From assembly GCA_951813605.1 (NCBI GenBank), contig OX638379.1, forward strand, positions 3,730,062 through 3,794,061: a stretch of DNA of 64,000 nt. Direction: 5' to 3'. Made by a program: the position numbers and the translations under genes. The notes beneath the pieces were generated by a model that saw only the letters and a list, made by a program, of their open reading frames with translations, ran no database searches and was not told the origin of the DNA. Numbering within the stretch: the stretch's first letter is position 1; each line of letters opens with the position of its first letter. Positions 59,231 through 64,000 of this stretch are shown piece after piece. The DNA comes from an uncultured Bryobacterales bacterium. GTDB lineage: Bacteria > Acidobacteriota > Terriglobia > Bryobacterales > UBA6623.

Positions 59231-60129
59231 CGATGACCTGTCACGCTGCATGCCAGTCGCCTACTCCTTATTTGCTTGGTGCGCATCCCCGGGCCCGCTC
59301 ACTCCGGATCGGCTGCCGGGCCGCCTTGTCGCTTCGCCTGCTTCGCGCATTCCAACGGATCGTAGCCGTGGGGCTCCGTACAGACTTGTTCCGGATTGCC
59401 AGACACGGATCTGAGGTCCTTACGCTGTTGCTACGCATCGATCTACGCGGCCGAATGGCAGGTCACGGAATACGGCCCAATACCAAACCGCTCTACATGA
59501 TCTCAAGGAGTTTTCCGGAATTGCGCTTGTCCGGCCCGATCGCCTCGATGTGTGCCGCCTACTAGGCAACATACATCCTACAACTCGCTCGTTCGGCCCT
59601 TCAAGGCGTTTCCGTACATCAGGCTCCCATAAGGGTCCGTGGAAGCGCCGGCGCAGGATGGCGAGCGGGCGGACGAACCGGCGCCTCGGGGAGCGTCCGC
59701 TATGGGGAGCGCTGCGCCCTCCCGACCCGGGTAGAGGGATGGCGTGCCGGACCGTGGCCTGGCGGCACCCACGCAACGCCGCCGACGCGCCGTCCCCACC
59801 TGATCTGTCCCAGTCCAGCCGCCGATTCGGTTAGCGAAACCCCCGCTCCACGCCGTCGCTAGCAATCTGGAAATCTCCAGAGCCCATGCCTCACCACACG
59901 AGCAGCCACCGCGAGCATTTTCGTGCCGTGGCACCGAGCCCCATCAATTTGTCAAGTGCTCTCAACAAGACAATCTCTAGCGGCCTCGTACCGCCCACAA
60001 CCTCTCCCGTAAATAATAGGGGCTTATATACACAATCCTAGCCAAGGCACCCGGCGAATGTTTGGCAACAACCCAAGAAAAGCAACTGTAACCCATTGAT
60101 TCCGCTTGACATCCAGTGCTGGATAGGTA

Positions 60130-60648
60130 ATGAGAGGACGCAAGAAGCACAACCAGCCGGGACCGGGCAAGGCCAGCCGCAAGAGCCTGTCCACCGTCCA
60201 GCTAGGCAGAATGTTCCCTGACGACAAGGCAGCCGAGTCGTGGATCGCCTCGAATCGCTGGCCGGACGGAGTAGTCTGCCCGCATTGCGAGTCCACGAAC
60301 GTCCAGTGCGGAGCGAAGCATCCGAACATGAGCTATCGCTTCCGGAAGTGCCGCAAGTTATTCTCGGTGCGCACCGGCACTGTCATGCAGAACTCGAACC
60401 TGGGCGCTGAAAAGTGGGTGATCGCAGCCTGCATGCTGACAACGAATCTCAAGGGAGGCTCCAGCATGAAGCTGCACCGGGATTTAGATATCACGCAGAA
60501 GTCGGCCTGGCACTTGGCGCATCCCATCCGCGAGACTTGGGATCGGGGCGAGGAGTTGTTTGGCGGACCCGTCGAGATTGACGAGACCTACATCGGCGGC
60601 AAGCGGAGATTCCTGGAATTCAGACTTGGGTTGTCTCAACCGGTCTAG
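60130..60648 (+). mobile_element. IS1595-family transposase gene fragment (N-terminal ~160 codons only; pseudogene)
   Basis: NRWPDGVVCPHCESTNV...YRFRKCRKLFSVRTGTVMQNS...KGGSSMKLHRDLDITQKSAWHLAHPIRE...GPVEIDETYIGGK is a zinc ribbon, an HTH and the first DDE residue region. The frame leaves homology right after GGK, so the DDE domain is absent. YRFRKC stands where YRCxxC is expected. No inverted repeats identified. Confidence 0.75.
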
Positions 60649-61107
60649 TACACGCCTGCTAGCTGATGGTTCCAGATTAAACTAGTCATCGCAGGGTCCG
60701 CACTATCTGACTGCAACAGTATTCGAAGCGGCCCGGACTCTACACGCTGGGGACGCCATCGCGGCTGAGCATCATGCTTCGTGATACCTGCGGAACGAAC
60801 GTTCTCTCAATCAATCTCGCGGTCGCAAGGCGTCTGGTTCCAGCTCTCCGCGGGCGGAATGCCGTTTCGCGCGCGTCTGGACGAAACCTACAAGCCTCAC
60901 GGGACTCGTGTGTCATACTGTTGGACACAAGCGCGACGTAGAGACGTGAGCGTATCTCGAACCATCCCTAGTCCCATCCAGTCCTTGACGCGCCCCATCC
61001 TTGACAGCTCTCACGCTGTACTGATAGTCTCCGCCTAGCGGCCTACAGCGGCCTACGACCTGGGGGCCTTAGTTACCTACGGCCTGCTAACTTGAAAGGA
61101 CGTTCTC

Positions 61108-62283
61108 GTGGACACAATCACATCACCGTCAACCACCTCGGTGCCTACAGCATATGCCGGGAACTACGCGAAAACGCGCTTGCCCAACCACGCAGCAATC
61201 GACAACTATCTGGCGCACACGACTATCGGTGATCCTGATCTCGATCCGGTCATGGAGGAACTCTCCTCGATGAATCCTGGTCATCTCCACCGGTACATTG
61301 GGGCTGGCATTGAACAGGATGACGAGCTTCTTTCGAGCGCGCCGCAACCTCTGCGAGATTTTTTTGCAAACAATGACGATCCGCCTTGGCTGGACCTCGA
61401 GGCCTTCCGTCCTGCAATTCGAGCCTTCAATGCAAACGTAGACCTCATGCTGGCCGCATTTGTCACAGGTGTCCTGGTGGAAGGCTTTTCAACACTAATT
61501 GCCAAATCGTTCAGAATCACAGGACGGGTGGCGTCCACCAAGCGCCGCCTCCAGCAGAATAACCGCCACATGATGGAGATATTCTTTCCCGCCGGCATGG
61601 AACGCAGTAACGAAGGATGGAAGCTATCCATGCGCATTCGCTTCGTCCATAGTCGAATCAGGACTCTGCTAGACAAATCCGACGATTGGAATCACAAGGC
61701 TTGGGGAACTCCTGTGAGCGCAGCTCACTTGGGTTTCGCAATTTCCGTCTTTTCCAAGCGTCTTTTGGAATACTCCGAACTATTGGGTGCGAAGTTCACT
61801 GACGAAGAGAAAGAGAGTGTAATGAGCGTTTGGCGCTACGCTGGTTACCTCATGGGAATACCCGAAACGATACTCTATAGGACCGCTGAGGATGCAAGAG
61901 ATATGTATGAAATTGGATATTCGTGCGAGCCAAAAGCGGACCCCGACTCGATCGCAGTTGCGAATCTATTGATCAAATCAATCCCAAACGTTGCCGGAAC
62001 CACTGACCCTGCAGAAGTAGAACAGCTAGTCAGATTAGCTTATAAACTATCGAGAGCTCTCATAGGCAATCAACTCGCCGATGAGTTTGATTTCCCCAAG
62101 ACTCCAACTCTACTGACACTGTTTATGTATCGATGGAAGCAACGATATCACAGAACGATAAAGAAGGAACTGATTAGATCAAACAACTTCACTCAACTTC
62201 TGGAGATATCAGTATACGATGCTGGTGGACTGAGCTATAGAATGCCTAGTCACGTCCACACATCGAAATCGATTGAATGGTGA
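61108..62283 (+). CDS. MpaB/DUF2236-family oxygenase-like protein
   Basis: 391 aa, GTG start with GAAAGGA upstream. The central region RLQQNNRHMMEIFFPAGM...WKLSMRIRFVHSRIRTLL...WGTPVSAAHLGFAISVFS fits the DUF2236 pattern (conserved RxxHxxVR and GxPxxQxxL). GC content is markedly lower than the rest of the window. Confidence 0.7.
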   Translation: MDTITSPSTTSVPTAYAGNYAKTRLPNHAAIDNYLAHTTIGDPDLDPVMEELSSMNPGHLHRYIGAGIEQDDELLSSAPQPLRDFFANNDDPPWLDLEAFRPAIRAFNANVDLMLAAFVTGVLVEGFSTLIAKSFRITGRVASTKRRLQQNNRHMMEIFFPAGMERSNEGWKLSMRIRFVHSRIRTLLDKSDDWNHKAWGTPVSAAHLGFAISVFSKRLLEYSELLGAKFTDEEKESVMSVWRYAGYLMGIPETILYRTAEDARDMYEIGYSCEPKADPDSIAVANLLIKSIPNVAGTTDPAEVEQLVRLAYKLSRALIGNQLADEFDFPKTPTLLTLFMYRWKQRYHRTIKKELIRSNNFTQLLEISVYDAGGLSYRMPSHVHTSKSIEW

Positions 62284-62481
62284 AGCTGTTTGCGCACCGC
62301 AAGGCAACCTTCGCACTAGATGAGGCTTTCATAGTTGATGAGTCCGAACGTGTTAGGGGTTCGCTGGATCGACCAAACTGAAACTCGTAACGGCAGGTGG
62401 TGGCGCTTTGTGTCGGTATCTAGCCTCTTACACCGAACAGTCCCAGCAGCGCTCCGGCCCAGCAGATAGCAGCGTAAGATC

Positions 62482-64000
62482 TCAATTTCGTTTACCATGG
62501 AAAATCCAGGATGTGAAATTGCGGCAATCTTCTAGGATTAGATAAAACGATGGAATCAATACCAAAGTAACAAGCGTGGCAAACAGGACTCCGAATGTCA
62601 GTGCTACAGCCATTGGAATCAGAAATTGTGCCTGCAAATCACTCTCGAACATCAGGGGTGATACACCTGCCGCTGTCGTTAACGATGTTAGAATAATTGC
62701 TCTAAAACGCGACCTTCCGGCTAAGCAGACAGCCTCGAATCGAGATCGTGTTTCCTCGGAATGGTCGTGTATGAAACTTACCAAGACTAACGAGTCATTA
62801 ACAACGACTCCTGCAAGCGCCACTATCCCACATGTGGAAATGAATGTAAGAGGAATTCCCATAATAACATGCCCCCAGACAGCGCCTACAGCGCCAAAAG
62901 GAACAGCAGAAAGTACAATTGCAGGCTCAATGTAGCTCTTGAGAGGAATTGCAAGCGTGGCAAACATTATGAATAGCGCGATGAATAATGCGACTGAGAG
63001 AGATTTCATGGACTCGATCAGCTCGGCTTGGTCGCCGAGAAATGCATACCGCACTGAGTCGTATTCCTCCAGCAACGAAGGGAGGAAGGTTGCTTGCAGG
63101 TCTGCAAGTATTTCCTCGCTGGTCGTGACGGAGGAGTCGACCGCCGCCAAGACGTTGATCGATCGGTGACGATCTACACGAGTGATCGATGCCAGTCCTC
63201 GTCCAAATTTGGCTTCGGCTACCGTAGAGAACGGGATCTCGTTCCCGGCCGGAGTGCGAACACGCATTCGCTCGAGATCGCCAATCGAGCGCCGCCGTGT
63301 TTCGGGATAGCGCAGCATGACGCGAATATTGTCGCGGCCTCGTTGGATTCGCTGCACCTCTTCTCCGAAGAAGCCTTGCCGGACCTGACGCCCTAGGTCG
63401 TCCAACGTGAGGCCCAACGCCGGGGCTGCCGAAGCGAGGGCCAGTTGGATCTCCGGCTTGGTGCCTTGTGCGCTATCCGTGACTTCAAAGACTCCGGCGT
63501 ACCGCTCGAGTCTCGCCTTGGTTCGGTTCACAACGGTACGTACCTCTTCGAGGTCAGCGCCACTGAACTGGATGTCGATCGCCTTTCCTCCGCCAAATAG
63601 GGCGTACGTGATGGCGACCTCGCTAGCATCCGGAAGCTGGCCAATCTTCGCTCGCAGACGGCGTGCGATTTCCTCGGCGCTTATCGATCGCGTCTCGGCC
63701 CGATTCAATTCAATGTTGACTTCCCCTAGATGGTCACCCCTCGGCGGATTGATCCGAGCCCTTGGCCCGCCCAGTACGATTTGATACGGCTGCGAACCGA
63801 TTGAGCTTAGGACATGTCGAACCTGATCAACGCCTTCTTCTCCGGCGATTTCCTCGCGCAACGAGAGTACGGCTTGCTCCACCTGTGCTACTGCTCTTCG
63901 TGTCGCATCGACATGCGCGCCCTGGGGCATCGTCACAAATGTGACAACCTTGTCCGACTCGTCGGTCGGAAGCAAGACCACCTTGATATGCCTGCTGCCG
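62482..64000 (-). CDS. RND efflux transporter permease (AcrB/AcrD/AcrF superfamily), C-terminal half; 5' part beyond the right window edge
   Basis: The frame is open to position 64000 (...GSRHIKVVLLPTDESDK). A periplasmic porter/docking repeat is followed by TM7-12 (LFIALFIMFATLAIPLKSYIEPAIVLSAVPFGAVGAVWGHVIMG...GIVALAGVVVNDSLVLV...RFRAIILTSLTTAAGVSPL...MAVALTFGVLFATLVTLVLIPSFY). Confidence 0.85.
   Translation of the reverse strand, partial: GSRHIKVVLLPTDESDKVVTFVTMPQGAHVDATRRAVAQVEQAVLSLREEIAGEEGVDQVRHVLSSIGSQPYQIVLGGPRARINPPRGDHLGEVNIELNRAETRSISAEEIARRLRAKIGQLPDASEVAITYALFGGGKAIDIQFSGADLEEVRTVVNRTKARLERYAGVFEVTDSAQGTKPEIQLALASAAPALGLTLDDLGRQVRQGFFGEEVQRIQRGRDNIRVMLRYPETRRRSIGDLERMRVRTPAGNEIPFSTVAEAKFGRGLASITRVDRHRSINVLAAVDSSVTTSEEILADLQATFLPSLLEEYDSVRYAFLGDQAELIESMKSLSVALFIALFIMFATLAIPLKSYIEPAIVLSAVPFGAVGAVWGHVIMGIPLTFISTCGIVALAGVVVNDSLVLVSFIHDHSEETRSRFEAVCLAGRSRFRAIILTSLTTAAGVSPLMFESDLQAQFLIPMAVALTFGVLFATLVTLVLIPSFYLILEDCRNFTSWIFHGKRN

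Noticed and set aside
60084-60129. A TTGACA ... TAGGTAAT promoter-like string directly abutting the IS1595 ATG.
   Set aside because: The spacing to a credible -10 element is poor and it would imply a leaderless transcript. The gene is a truncated relic anyway.

Overview
High-GC bacterial chromosome segment, roughly mid-60s % GC by eye. The gene repertoire points to Acidobacteriota (inference): Oar-like TonB-dependent receptors (TBDRs) with carboxypeptidase-regulatory domains, GWxTD proteins, TPR + CRTAC1/ASPIC-UnbV, several Cys-type sulfatases, and planctomycete-type DUF15xx families.

Left third (all on the minus strand): mfd, an rfaE2-like gene, thpR, an outer-membrane barrel, two GWxTD paralogs, an FHA-GAF-PP2C phosphatase and fur, followed by tRNA-Pro(GGG) on the plus strand.

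Middle: a nutrient-uptake block with four large TBDRs, four sulfatases and two TBDR-TPR modules, with aroA, cdd and an NYN/OST-HTH gene embedded in it.

Right: an SLT-amidase pair, mutY, sugar-isomerase/oxidoreductase genes, then a visibly lower-GC tail from about 59.9 kb. The tail holds an IS1595 transposase stub, an MpaB/DUF2236-like gene and a partial RND pump.

Most notable observations:
1. A 284-nt non-coding unit is present twice in direct orientation (39413-39696 and 48443-48726). The copies are about 89% identical with no indels, and their substitutions preserve two hairpins.
2. Decayed genes are unusually dense: a DUF1587/DUF1552 deletion fusion, a frameshifted and 5'-truncated DUF1501, a PSCyt1-DUF1549 stub, an sdhC-sdhA remnant, tandem tyrosine-recombinase remnants and the IS1595 stub.

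I saw no CRISPR array, rRNA or recognisable defence system. All calls come from reading the translations and DNA by eye; no searches were run.
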